A DNA stretch of 64,000 nt from an uncultured Pseudobdellovibrionaceae bacterium (GTDB lineage: Bacteria; Bdellovibrionota; Bdellovibrionia; Bdellovibrionales; UBA1609). Where the stretch lies: the NCBI GenBank assembly GCA_963803705.1, contig CAWDNU010000004.1:672001-736000 (forward strand). Direction: 5' to 3'. Of the stretch, positions 1 to 10,152 are shown one piece after another; the stretch's first letter is position 1, and every line of letters starts with the position of its first letter. The translations under genes and the position numbers were made by a program. The notes below the pieces were generated by a model. It saw only the letters and a program-made list of their open reading frames with translations, was not told the origin of the DNA and searched no databases.

Positions 1-245
1 TCGTAAATCTGCAAGTGCATTGATGTTTCGGAAGAGGCCACGGTCGATTGATCAAAATCCAACAATTCAGGTATGTTTAGCTTTTGACCAGCAGAATTGA
101 TCAGCACAAAATCTTTTGCTTCTAATTCACCCTTCATACAACCAGAACGAGTGATCAGAATCAAATCTTCATCGAGGCGCACACTTAGGTTTCCGTCGAA
201 AGAAGAAACGAAATTTTTATGGCTCAGCTTATGTCCAAGTCGCAT
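1..245 (-). CDS. Class II aldolase/adducin family protein (5' part; runs off window)
   Basis: Manual translation MRLGHKLSHKNFVSSFDGNLSVR...ITRSG...ASSETSMHLQIY carries the GNxSxR, TxSG and SSExxMH motifs; start could be an upstream in-frame TTG near 285. Confidence 0.75.
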   Translation of the reverse strand, partial: MRLGHKLSHKNFVSSFDGNLSVRLDEDLILITRSGCMKGELEAKDFVLINSAGQKLNIPELLDFDQSTVASSETSMHLQIY

Positions 246-286
246 TAGGTTAACAATGTGTTTTTTTATGATAGACTTATTAAGCA

Positions 287-1327
287 ATGACGACTCCGAT
301 TAACCAATTGTACGCATCCATCGATGAGCAGCTGCGAGGGCTGGGTTTTTCATATCAAAAACCAGCCGGCTTATCAAAAAGCATTTTGGAGGCTTCACGA
401 TATTTTATTAGTAACGCAGGCCCTTCACCCTGGGAAAACAAAAACTTTCAAGCTGCTTATATTGCTCATTTTTTACCCATGAACACTCTTCGTTGGCTGA
501 AACTTTTTGAACGCATGGAAAAAAGCGATCTTAACTTTGGCAAAAACTTTTTAGACTTTGGCGCAGGTCCCTTAACCTTCAAAATAGCATACCACTTGAA
601 GTATCCCGATAAGGACATAAGTTACTCTTACGTTGAGAAGGACGATTTACCTGTATATCTGGGTGAAAAAATTTTAAGTTCAATTTACAAACACACGGGT
701 CGAACCGGAGTTCAGTCAAAAAAAGAAAACCAACTTGAAATTACAGACAAGCAAGGAATAACATTAGTGCTTTCGTACTCACTAAATGAATTAGATTCAG
801 TGCCTTCTGCAATTTGGGATTTTGATCAAATTTTAATTCTTGAACCTTCAAATCAACAAACCTCTAGGTCTTTGATTGAATTAAGAGCAAAGGCCATCGA
901 AAAAGGGTTCAGCCCCAAAGCCCCTTGCCTACATGCTGAACAATGTCCAATGCTGGCTCATTCAAAAAAAGACTGGTGCTTTGACAGAGCTCACATACAG
1001 CTACCCGATTTAACCAAGCCGCTTTATAAAAATCTTCCTTTTAAAACTAATTATCTTACTTTCTCTTATCTTTACTTAACCAAAGAAGACCTCAAAAAAA
1101 ATATCAGAAAATTTAGAGCGGTTGGGGATTGGCAAAAAGAGAAAGGTAAAGAGAAAATACAGATTTGTCGTTCAAGCTCCAAAGAATTTATAAGTAATCT
1201 AAAGAAAAACAAAAAAGCGTTCAAAAAATTAACGGATTTTGGTCGGGGAGATCTAAAAGATTTTTCTTTTGACTATGAAATCAAAGGAAATGAACTTAGA
1301 ATAAGCAAAGAAAAACAGAAGGGATAA
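287..1327 (+). CDS. Rsm22-like SAM-dependent methyltransferase
   Basis: SAM motif LDFGAGP, SYSLNEL, ILEP and the APCLHxxxCP...WCF Cys cluster. Confidence 0.75.
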   Translation: MTTPINQLYASIDEQLRGLGFSYQKPAGLSKSILEASRYFISNAGPSPWENKNFQAAYIAHFLPMNTLRWLKLFERMEKSDLNFGKNFLDFGAGPLTFKIAYHLKYPDKDISYSYVEKDDLPVYLGEKILSSIYKHTGRTGVQSKKENQLEITDKQGITLVLSYSLNELDSVPSAIWDFDQILILEPSNQQTSRSLIELRAKAIEKGFSPKAPCLHAEQCPMLAHSKKDWCFDRAHIQLPDLTKPLYKNLPFKTNYLTFSYLYLTKEDLKKNIRKFRAVGDWQKEKGKEKIQICRSSSKEFISNLKKNKKAFKKLTDFGRGDLKDFSFDYEIKGNELRISKEKQKG

Positions 1328-1334
1328 GATAAAC

Positions 1335-2150
1335 ATGAAAGTAAAGATTTTTTTTATTTGCTTTATTCTATTTTACTTCTTTCCAAGCATCGTATTTGCA
1401 GTCAATTGCAGTTTTGAAAATCGAAATATAGATTCAGCTGATTCAAAATTTTTGAAAGACAGTATTTTTGCCCTCAGCTTGCAACTTACAAATGAATCTT
1501 TTAACTCTAATAAAGCCGTTCAAGCTCGTTCTAAAATGTTTGATATGGTTTTTGACACCCCCTACTGGAACCGACGATTTGCTAAAAAAAATGAATTTAC
1601 CTTCTTTTGGAATTGGGTCCGATTTCAATATTGGGGTTTATTGCAGCAACAAGCCTTGCTAAAAGAAGATCAAGGCTTCCTAACTACAAACAATAAAGCT
1701 TTGGCTGACAGCTACGCTTCTATCTACAAGCTACCCATATATCCACAGCCGGTTACCATAATTAATCATGTTTGCAGATCCCTTGAAAAAAACATTTATC
1801 CCTGCGATCAACAGATTTTAAAAGCAGAAGTGGTTTTTTCACCGGCTTTAGCATGCAGCAAGTCTATGAATCTAAACAGTTTGAAATTTCAATATTATAT
1901 AACTAAAACACCGGCTGGGTGGGCCATTTTAGATGTAAAATTTAAAGGTCGTCGCCTTATTCTAGACTCTTTTAACGAATATGACGACTTGATGAATAAA
2001 TACGGAAACGAAAGGGCTATAAACTACTTAAAGAAATTAATACATAAAATTTTTTTAGTAACACCAGATAAAAACAGTAGGCAAAGTGGTTCGTTGAAAT
2101 TCTATCAGGCTTACAAAATTGATGCTCCCACCTATCCAATCAATTACTAG
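1335..2150 (+). CDS. Secreted hypothetical protein, weakly MlaC/Ttg2D-like at C-terminus
   Basis: Signal peptide; WAILDVKFKGRRLI resembles the MlaC WxxxDVxxxGxSL motif. Confidence 0.45.
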   Translation: MKVKIFFICFILFYFFPSIVFAVNCSFENRNIDSADSKFLKDSIFALSLQLTNESFNSNKAVQARSKMFDMVFDTPYWNRRFAKKNEFTFFWNWVRFQYWGLLQQQALLKEDQGFLTTNNKALADSYASIYKLPIYPQPVTIINHVCRSLEKNIYPCDQQILKAEVVFSPALACSKSMNLNSLKFQYYITKTPAGWAILDVKFKGRRLILDSFNEYDDLMNKYGNERAINYLKKLIHKIFLVTPDKNSRQSGSLKFYQAYKIDAPTYPINY

Positions 2151-2212
2151 TAGCTTAACAAAAAACAATTTTATGTTACGACAGCTCAGATAGGCAGGTA
2201 TCCATTTTAAGG

Positions 2213-3007
2213 TTATCCGGCAGAAGCTAACATTTCATAGTCTAGAATTTCACGACTTAGATTTTTCTTTATAGGTCCATCTTCCAAATTTGAAATTCTA
2301 GATTTGTAAAAAGATGCTGTGCTGTTGTCTAGCAAAATTTTTAAATTTTCAGCCAATGCGTTAGCTACCTTCGGACTGCCAGTTGATATCTCTGAAAAAA
2401 TTCTTTGATGTATTACAATCTTGTCTGCTTCACCAGTGTAGGTTTTTAAATACTCGATGGTTTCAGGTATTAAGCGCGCATTGTAATAGCTAATATACTC
2501 ATCCAAAACTAAATCGCGCCATTCGTCAGACTGAAGTTTGTCTTTCCGAATCTCTGATAGAACAGTTTTTTTAACGTATCCGTCAGGAATTTTGGCTGCA
2601 GATTTTAAAATTTTATTTTTTAGTGGATTAGATAACAAACTAACATCTTGAAGATGAACATTTATTGATTTGTAGATCTCAAGCTCATAGGAGCGAGGAT
2701 CTGCTTGAGAAAAATTGCAATCTTGACTTTCAACGCATTTTTTTAACTTTACATATTTTTTTACAAAAAATGTGTCCGCTGGCTCTGGATTGGAAATACT
2801 ATTAATTGCATTTTGTTGGTTTATTTTATCGTCATCTTTATTAATTTGGGACGGATACCTATTTAAATTAGTGTCACTTCCTTGCTCAAAAATTTTTCTG
2901 CTAACTTCGAATTCAGAGTCAGCTTTGAACATCTTTGAAAAGTAAAATCCAAATCCCACTAAAGCAAATGCTATTATTATTAAAAATAAGTCGAACTTTT
3001 TCATCAT
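2213..3007 (-). CDS. Membrane-anchored hypothetical protein, coupled to the upstream hydrolase
   Basis: N-terminal TM helix; 4-bp overlap with 3004..4659. Confidence 0.65.
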   Translation of the reverse strand: MMKKFDLFLIIIAFALVGFGFYFSKMFKADSEFEVSRKIFEQGSDTNLNRYPSQINKDDDKINQQNAINSISNPEPADTFFVKKYVKLKKCVESQDCNFSQADPRSYELEIYKSINVHLQDVSLLSNPLKNKILKSAAKIPDGYVKKTVLSEIRKDKLQSDEWRDLVLDEYISYYNARLIPETIEYLKTYTGEADKIVIHQRIFSEISTGSPKVANALAENLKILLDNSTASFYKSRISNLEDGPIKKNLSREILDYEMLASAG

Positions 3008-4659
3008 TTCACCTTTGTCCAGTTGGTTACGTTCGGAGTCGGTGCAAGGCGACCTGAATAGATAAATCCTTTCTCACCCTTGTACTCTACTCGATAGTAA
3101 ACATGCTTATCTTCTCCGCGAAAAACTCTTGATAAAACAACTAGCCTTTCTGAACCAGGAACAGTCAGCTGTAGCGATCCACCAGGTGTTGACCTCATAT
3201 TTATACCTGAAGCTGCTGATACTTCTATAATATCATCTTGATTAGCTATAAATAGTTTTGCAGAATTTGAATAAGATTTTTTAGTATATCTTGATTTATT
3301 ATTTTCATTTCCAGTATAGATATAGCCAGTGCCATTACTAGATGAGATTAAGTAATAAAGAATTTTGGTTCGCTCATTTCTATATATATCTAAGACTTGG
3401 TAAGTGCTGTTTTCAGACACTGTAGTAATTCTTTCACCACCAGGAGTTTTTCTTAAATTAATATTTGCCTGAGTCAGTATAAAATCACCGATAGTTACCT
3501 CGCCACTAGGAAAACATTTTGTTTCCGGGTTTATCATCCGTGTGGCTACGTCTTTATCAGTTTCAGATTCTAAATCAATAAGCTTCTTATCTGAATCAAT
3601 TCCGAAGAGATCTACCAAACACTGAGTTCCTAAGTTTGATGGCAAGCAGCTTAGAAAAGAGTTGTTCCACGTACAGCTTAAATTTTTACTTTTAACTTCG
3701 TAAAGATTTTCTACAGACAGGTTAAATCCGTCAGATGGAGTCCCAACTGGAGGGGTCGGAACAACAACTGGTGGTAAGGGACTAACAGTAGAGTCAAAAC
3801 ACTGCAAACCACCGTCTTGAACTAAACAGGAAAAATTATAGTCAAAAGTGTTTGCGTTAGTTAGATGTTTTTTCCATCCCTTAATTTTATAGTGATCCCA
3901 AAAGTTTCTATCATTTTTGTACCAACGATGAGAAGTGTTTTTCCACCTACAAACACTTCCCTCACCACCGTTATACATTGAGTAAGTTGCGCGAGTTCTA
4001 GCTAAATAATTTCCGGCTCCTCCAACGCAGCTAGCCCGTCCAGCTTTAGTCCAAAGGCTATAGAAAAGATCGAGGCCATATATTATGTTATCCTGAAGCC
4101 TTGCTGCCCCACCGCCTTTTACGTAGGAAAAATGCCACCGGTCGTCCACCTGCATAAGGCCGTGGCCATGTCCAAAATCTCCACGCAACATCCTCATTTG
4201 GCCATCAGTGCCCTTTCGATAATGTGTCCAGATACTTTCGTGGTAAGATACAGCCAAAATTGCGTCAGCCCATGCAGTTGTTTCTTCGTCAGATGCTGCT
4301 GGCAATCTTTTCTTAAGATATTTTGTAGCTATACCGGTCATCAATCCGTTCATCTCGTTACTGTAACGGGTGTTTTCTCTTTTCTTTGCTGTGCTCGAAG
4401 AGCTGTATTTGCTATCGTCGTAAGTAACTTGGGACCAATAGGATTTAACTTCAGCTGGTTTTTGAAACGGACTTACCAGACAGATGTTTGCGGCACGACC
4501 TACTGTCCAGCTTCCACCTTGTCGGCTTTGACACATCCAAAAGTCAGCAGTGTTTACTTTTTGGGCCTGAGCAAATTGTCCTCCCAAATTAAAGGGCAAA
4601 TGAAATAGACAGCTAAAAATAATAACGAATACAGCAAGGGGTGATTTTAGTTTTTCCAT
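3004..4659 (-). CDS. Secreted lysozyme-like/lytic transglycosylase domain protein with two C-terminal SH3b-like domains
   Basis: Signal peptide; AVSYHES, GHGLMQV and YNGG motifs; Pro-rich linker; two INL/MRxTPGG...GY/FIY repeats. Confidence 0.7.
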   Translation of the reverse strand: MEKLKSPLAVFVIIFSCLFHLPFNLGGQFAQAQKVNTADFWMCQSRQGGSWTVGRAANICLVSPFQKPAEVKSYWSQVTYDDSKYSSSSTAKKRENTRYSNEMNGLMTGIATKYLKKRLPAASDEETTAWADAILAVSYHESIWTHYRKGTDGQMRMLRGDFGHGHGLMQVDDRWHFSYVKGGGAARLQDNIIYGLDLFYSLWTKAGRASCVGGAGNYLARTRATYSMYNGGEGSVCRWKNTSHRWYKNDRNFWDHYKIKGWKKHLTNANTFDYNFSCLVQDGGLQCFDSTVSPLPPVVVPTPPVGTPSDGFNLSVENLYEVKSKNLSCTWNNSFLSCLPSNLGTQCLVDLFGIDSDKKLIDLESETDKDVATRMINPETKCFPSGEVTIGDFILTQANINLRKTPGGERITTVSENSTYQVLDIYRNERTKILYYLISSSNGTGYIYTGNENNKSRYTKKSYSNSAKLFIANQDDIIEVSAASGINMRSTPGGSLQLTVPGSERLVVLSRVFRGEDKHVYYRVEYKGEKGFIYSGRLAPTPNVTNWTKVK

Positions 4660-4783
4660 GACTAAAATCTCGGTAGACTTCAGTCCAGACTAACTATTCT
4701 TTTAAAGATTTTAAAATAATGTGTTTGAGAATGCACATACCTTTGTCACATCTAGGTCTAGCGGCTCAGATTGAGAAAGAAAT

Positions 4784-5452
4784 CTATTTTTTTTGATTAC
4801 GATTTGATAATACATACGACACTTTTGTTAAATCCAAATTTGGTAAGCTCTGATGGCCTTCTTCAGAAAAGCAAAAGTCATAGCCCAATTCTTGGCTCAC
4901 CTCAAAATCGTGATCAGTATCGCCGATGTACAGTCCTTTTTTGTAACCTTTTTTTCTAAACACAGAACTCATGGCCTTTGCTTGGTCAATTTTTCCATGT
5001 GCATAGATGTCGCTTGCACCTGAAATACTGTTAAAATACTGGGTAATTTCAAAATGATTAATTTGAAATTTAAGGTCTTCAATATTTGCAGCAGATAAAA
5101 CATACTGACTAATATTTAATTTTCTAACCATATCTAAAATTTCAATCGTATCATTATATAGTTTAAGCTCTTTTTTATAAGACCTATAAATAGTCATAAA
5201 TTTATTGGCTACTCGATCGAACTCTGAACCAGAAGACGGTAAGCCTAGTGACGCGTAATACTTAGATATAGGAAAACCAAAGCAGCTTCTATATTCGCTC
5301 ATAGTTATTTGGTCTATACCTTCTTCGCTTAAGACTTGATTGATCACTTTATGAGTGTGAAACGAATCGTCAAGCAATGTCCCATTCCAATCCCACACGA
5401 CTACATCGTAAGGTAGCAAAAAATCTGCAAAACTTTGAACCGAATGAATCAT
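4784..5452 (-). CDS. HAD-family hydrolase (phosphoglycolate phosphatase-like)
   Basis: WDWNGTLLD motif I, LSA motif II, YIGDTDHD motif IV. Confidence 0.85.
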   Translation of the reverse strand: MIHSVQSFADFLLPYDVVVWDWNGTLLDDSFHTHKVINQVLSEEGIDQITMSEYRSCFGFPISKYYASLGLPSSGSEFDRVANKFMTIYRSYKKELKLYNDTIEILDMVRKLNISQYVLSAANIEDLKFQINHFEITQYFNSISGASDIYAHGKIDQAKAMSSVFRKKGYKKGLYIGDTDHDFEVSQELGYDFCFSEEGHQSLPNLDLTKVSYVLSNRNQKK

Positions 5453-5578
5453 AGATACGACTTATGTCCTATTTTTAAAAAAGTCAAAGACAGACCATTA
5501 AAGTCCTTGAGATCTCAATCCGATACAATCTCTAGAGTAGATTTTTTTTAATTTTTATTTATAGAAAAGGACAGTCAT

Positions 5579-7330
5579 ATGTATGCTATCTCGTGCAAAA
5601 TAAACTTACATCAATTATTGATCTGCTTTCTGCTGATAATGTCTGCAGGGTGCTCTGACAGCGAGTTTACAACTGAAGGCTGCGATAGCGAAGACGGTTG
5701 CAACTCTTCTTTTTCTTGGGACATATCAACTTGGAACACTTGCGACGCCGCATGTGATGGTGGCACGCAAACTCGTACCGTAGTGTGTAAAGATCCAGAC
5801 GGCAGTGTTAATCCGGATGGTAGATGCCCCGGGGACAAACCAACTACAAGTCAAATATGTAATGTACAAACCTGCACTAGTGACTACACTTGGCTTATAG
5901 GCGATTGGAGCACCTGTTCCAAAACCTGTGGCGGTGGTGTTCAAACAAGATCAATTGTATGTAAGTACAAAGATGGAACAACTGCTACGGATAGCAACTG
6001 CCCGACTCCTAAACCAACTTCAGAGCAGCCTTGTAACTCAGAGACTTGCGTAAAAACCTACTCGTGGAAAACTACCGACTGGAGCTCTTGTTCGAAAACT
6101 TGTGGTAACGGAACACAAACTAGAATTGTTTACTGTGCCGACCAAACAGGTGCAACCGCCGATGCAAGTTTATGCACTGGCACTAAGCCTCCATCTGAAC
6201 AGCTGTGTAACACCCAGCCATGTACATCTACATACAGTTGGATCACTGGCGACTGGAGCACTTGCTCGAAAACTTGTGGAAATGGAACACAAACAAGATC
6301 TGTATCTTGTCAAAGAACTGATGGTCAGTTTGTAGCGGGTAGCTTTTGTACAGGTGCTCAACCCAACAGCACACAGGCATGTAATACCCAGGCCTGCGTC
6401 GGTGTTTGCACTGATTCTCGAGTTGTGAACGCAAGTATAGAAGGATCATCAGCGCAATTAGATATCTTACTGGTAGTGGATGATTCTGGTTCAATGGCAG
6501 CTGATAACTTGAAACTTGCCAATCGACTAAAAGGTTTCGCTGATGATCTTACCAATAGATGTAAGGTTGACTGGCAAATGTGCGTTACCACTACTGATGT
6601 AGACCATTTCAAAGGCCGACCAATTATGTGGCAAGGTTTGGGTCATCATATATTAAAGCCCACAACACCTAACTTGGATTCTGTATTCTTGAACACTATT
6701 AAATGGATAGGCCATGGTTGGAGCAACGATGAACAGGGTATCAAAGCCATGAATCTCTCGGTGCTAGATAATTCACGGTCCAACTGTTATCGACCTAACG
6801 CCTCACTTTCAGTGGTTGTTATATCAGATGAAGATGAAAGATCTGTTGGTGGAAATTCAAGCCTAAGCACTCTTCAGTACAAACCTTTAGAGACTTTAAA
6901 TCAACCAGTATCATTCCCTAAAACGATCAGAGATACCTTTGGGAACGACAAAAAATTCAATGTAAACTCTATCATCGTGAAAGATGCTCAATGTAAAGCA
7001 GAGCAAGATGCTCAAGGTGCAGGAGCAAAAAGTTTCTATGGAACAAAATATATGGCTTTGTCTAACATGAAATCAGGTAAACAAACCCAAGGCGGAATAG
7101 GAAGTATCTGTAGCTCGGATTACAGACCACACCTAAATCTGTTTGCCGATCACATAGTTCAGACAATGTCAGCGATTGATCTAGAGTGTGCTCCGGTAGA
7201 ATCTCCAAAAGTTGGAGTAAGACCTGCACCTACAAGTCAATGGATTTCAGTTATAAACAATCAATTAATATTTACACCAGTGCTTCGTGGTCCGGCAGAA
7301 GTTACAGGTTCATATTGCTGTGCAAAATAA
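5579..7330 (+). CDS. Lipoprotein with four thrombospondin type-1 repeats and a vWA domain
   Basis: Lipobox-like SAGC; 4x WxxxxWxxCxxxCxxGxQTRxxxC; MIDAS DILLVVDDSGSM and SDEDE. Confidence 0.85.
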   Translation: MYAISCKINLHQLLICFLLIMSAGCSDSEFTTEGCDSEDGCNSSFSWDISTWNTCDAACDGGTQTRTVVCKDPDGSVNPDGRCPGDKPTTSQICNVQTCTSDYTWLIGDWSTCSKTCGGGVQTRSIVCKYKDGTTATDSNCPTPKPTSEQPCNSETCVKTYSWKTTDWSSCSKTCGNGTQTRIVYCADQTGATADASLCTGTKPPSEQLCNTQPCTSTYSWITGDWSTCSKTCGNGTQTRSVSCQRTDGQFVAGSFCTGAQPNSTQACNTQACVGVCTDSRVVNASIEGSSAQLDILLVVDDSGSMAADNLKLANRLKGFADDLTNRCKVDWQMCVTTTDVDHFKGRPIMWQGLGHHILKPTTPNLDSVFLNTIKWIGHGWSNDEQGIKAMNLSVLDNSRSNCYRPNASLSVVVISDEDERSVGGNSSLSTLQYKPLETLNQPVSFPKTIRDTFGNDKKFNVNSIIVKDAQCKAEQDAQGAGAKSFYGTKYMALSNMKSGKQTQGGIGSICSSDYRPHLNLFADHIVQTMSAIDLECAPVESPKVGVRPAPTSQWISVINNQLIFTPVLRGPAEVTGSYCCAK

Positions 7331-7382
7331 TAGACCTATAGGTAGAACTATAAAGCTTAGAGCTTATAAGAAGGAGAAATAA

Positions 7383-7889
7383 ATGGAAGATGCAAAAAGA
7401 ACTGAAGAGTTAAAAGACGATCAAACATTGGCTTCGGTCAGTTTTATACTTGGATTAATATTGGTTGGCGTAGCTGTATTTGTTTTAAATACGATGGAAA
7501 AAAGCTCGGACCATGTTCAAGCTCTTTCTAGAGCAGACAAGTACGCGCAACAATTGATTGAAAGTGGATTTCAATCAACATACCAAGACCTAATGAATGC
7601 TCCTGCAAATCCAGTTAGAGGCCTTGCATCCGTAGATCAACCTCAAGTTCTAGAGGGCGGTATAGGACTTGATCCATGGGGATATCCGTACCAATATCTT
7701 GTAAATAAAACTGAAAGTTCTGCTAAAGGCGAAATTGTAATGTGGTCAGGTGGTCCAGATAACAAATTTCAAACAGAGATAAAAAAGGTAAGAGACCTTG
7801 TGAATAAAAACAAGAAAGTTAGATTTTCTGGCGACGATTTTGGTAAGATAATTACTTTTAAATTGAGCCCTGAATTTGCAAATAAATAG
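7383..7889 (+). CDS. GspG/T2SS-G-like domain protein
   Basis: TM helix plus LDPWGYPYQY...SGGPD...DD signature. Confidence 0.6.
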   Translation: MEDAKRTEELKDDQTLASVSFILGLILVGVAVFVLNTMEKSSDHVQALSRADKYAQQLIESGFQSTYQDLMNAPANPVRGLASVDQPQVLEGGIGLDPWGYPYQYLVNKTESSAKGEIVMWSGGPDNKFQTEIKKVRDLVNKNKKVRFSGDDFGKIITFKLSPEFANK

Positions 7890-7895
7890 TGATTT

Positions 7896-8663
7896 TTGAA
7901 TCTATTTTTAACTGTTATCCTTGTTTTTCTGAGTACTAATGTAGCTGGTTCACAACCAGCTATTTTTTCGGCTGAAAATAACAGGATTTTAAACCCTGGG
8001 CTTTCTACTCTTATTTTCATTCACGGCTCACCAGGTACCAGCAGAACATTCAATAAATATCTAAATGACCCAAAACTCATTGAAACATTTAATCTAATAG
8101 CGATAGATCGGCCCAACTATGGAAAGTCAAAAGGATTTGCACGCTATATTTCTATGTCTTCACAAGCAAAACTAATCTCTGCGTATTTAGAAAAAAAATT
8201 TTCAGTTAGCGAATTAAAGACCAAAACGTATATTGTGTCACACTCCTATGGAGCCCCATTATCTGTTTTAATAGAAAGAGAATTGAAATCGAATGCAGAC
8301 TTAATAATGATGGCAGGTCCATTTGACCCTAAGCTAAATATGGTCAAATGGTATAACACTGTCGCCAAGCTGAGCTTTGTAAGCCTTTTCTTGGGACCAG
8401 CTTGGGTGATATCTAATAAAGAGATGCTAGGTCTTAACAAAAATCTTCAGAAGGTTAAATCGTACCTTAGCGACTACACTGGAGTAACACACTTTTTACA
8501 CGGCTCTGAGGATGGAATTGTGTCAATCAGCCATTCAAAGTGGGCCCACCAATTCAGATTAAAGAACAACAAAAAAAGCCATCTTGCAATCTATCCTTCA
8601 AATCATTTTTTTGTTTGGAGTAAATTTAAAATAATTAAAGATTATATCTTGAATTTACGATAG
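7896..8663 (+). CDS. Alpha/beta hydrolase
   Basis: HGSPG, DRPNYG, SHSYG nucleophile elbow, HGSEDGIV, NHF. Confidence 0.85.
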   Translation: MNLFLTVILVFLSTNVAGSQPAIFSAENNRILNPGLSTLIFIHGSPGTSRTFNKYLNDPKLIETFNLIAIDRPNYGKSKGFARYISMSSQAKLISAYLEKKFSVSELKTKTYIVSHSYGAPLSVLIERELKSNADLIMMAGPFDPKLNMVKWYNTVAKLSFVSLFLGPAWVISNKEMLGLNKNLQKVKSYLSDYTGVTHFLHGSEDGIVSISHSKWAHQFRLKNNKKSHLAIYPSNHFFVWSKFKIIKDYILNLR

Positions 8664-8768
8664 CCACTTACTAATTTTTTTTTGACGATAGTTTTTTTTC
8701 GCAGACCACTTCTAAGATTACTGATGGGATAGACGATCAGTGAATAAATTAATTGAGTAGTTAGATAA

Positions 8769-9866
8769 TTAGTTAAATTCGGGGCAATAATTTCGGTCTA
8801 ATTCCAAATTTTTACAGCTGCTTTGAACAGTAGAATTAGTGGGTTTGAAGCATACGTGTATGTGATCGTCATGGTTGCTTAAACGCCTTGTTTCCGAGAT
8901 TTCCGGATCATTAAAAAACAATTGGTTTCCTACATCTGCACCATTTTTTATTAGCAACTTTACCAATTTTTGAGTTTTTCTTCGATCGTAGCAATCATCC
9001 TGCCATCGCACTTCCTTTTCAAAGCAACCTTTTTTCCTTAACGGCCATATATCCATACACCAACCCCTGCGATGGGTAGAGTGCGGCCAGCTAGACGGTT
9101 GAACACGGCCGAAGGTTGCATCACCAAGCAGTAAACGGCAGCTTGAGTCACCTTCAGGGCAGTTTAATTTAGCCCACTCTTGTGCCACCGAGGTCCAAGC
9201 ACACATAGTGCCTTTTTCCATGTAAGCTGCGCTTCTTTGGCTTCTAATATGCTTAGATCCACAGATTGATTTTTCAGCAATTCCAGGAAGCTTATAAAGA
9301 TCTACTAAGCCATTAGCACCACTTCTTAGCAAAGGCCTGGTGATACGAACGTTTTCTAAATTGTTAGATATATAGTTTGATACATCAAGTATTAGACTGC
9401 TAACTGTATTTCCTGGCTCTCTTTTAGGTTTTGGTTTGTCTGCTTTGGTACCTGGCTCGGCAATTTCAAAGCAATCGGAATTTAAAGCTATAAAATTTTT
9501 CGAAGCGTAAACCCACTCTATGTTAAATTCACTTTTGGCTTCTGAACACTCAGTCGATTTTATCTTCAAAAAATCGTTTTCAATTTGATCTAAGCTGATT
9601 GTAACAGGTGTACCGTTTTCTAGACTGGCGCAAATATTATCTGAAATATTATCGGTATATCTTATATTCAACCGACCGCCCTTAGTCTGGACTCGACCAG
9701 TGCAAGAACTACTGACGCTTAGATCTTTACTAGAGTCAGGTGTTCTGGATTCGAAACCATCGATTTCCAAATCTTGGTCACAGCCTAAAATGCTGACAAA
9801 CGTCAAAATCATCAAATTTTTTAGATGAATATCAGATTTCTTCATATTAAGCAGATCGGCAATCAA
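8769..9866 (-). CDS. Lipoprotein with SH3b-like domain and MepA-like (LAS) murein endopeptidase domain
   Basis: Lipobox ILGC; LNIR SH3 motif; HSTHRRGxxxD and HDDHIHV zinc motifs. Confidence 0.7.
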   Translation of the reverse strand: MIADLLNMKKSDIHLKNLMILTFVSILGCDQDLEIDGFESRTPDSSKDLSVSSSCTGRVQTKGGRLNIRYTDNISDNICASLENGTPVTISLDQIENDFLKIKSTECSEAKSEFNIEWVYASKNFIALNSDCFEIAEPGTKADKPKPKREPGNTVSSLILDVSNYISNNLENVRITRPLLRSGANGLVDLYKLPGIAEKSICGSKHIRSQRSAAYMEKGTMCAWTSVAQEWAKLNCPEGDSSCRLLLGDATFGRVQPSSWPHSTHRRGWCMDIWPLRKKGCFEKEVRWQDDCYDRRKTQKLVKLLIKNGADVGNQLFFNDPEISETRRLSNHDDHIHVCFKPTNSTVQSSCKNLELDRNYCPEFN

Positions 9867-10152
9867 GACAAAAATCAGGTTTTGAATCTAAAAGAATGGG
9901 TCTAGTTTTGATCTGGATGCTATTTGAATCAGATAGACTTAAAAATTACATAATTTTAAAAAAAACTGAATAACTTATGTCGGCTTTGTTGGTGCATAAT
10001 CAAGAAACAGATACTGCAGCGACCGTTTTGTGAAATCTAAACAAACCTAAGGAAGATTGAAATTTAGGTCAGGATATGAGTTTCAAATTTATCAGTTTGA
10101 AAAATATATAAAGATTTGTGCCCCTTACGAAATTATTTTTTTTCAATTTTCT

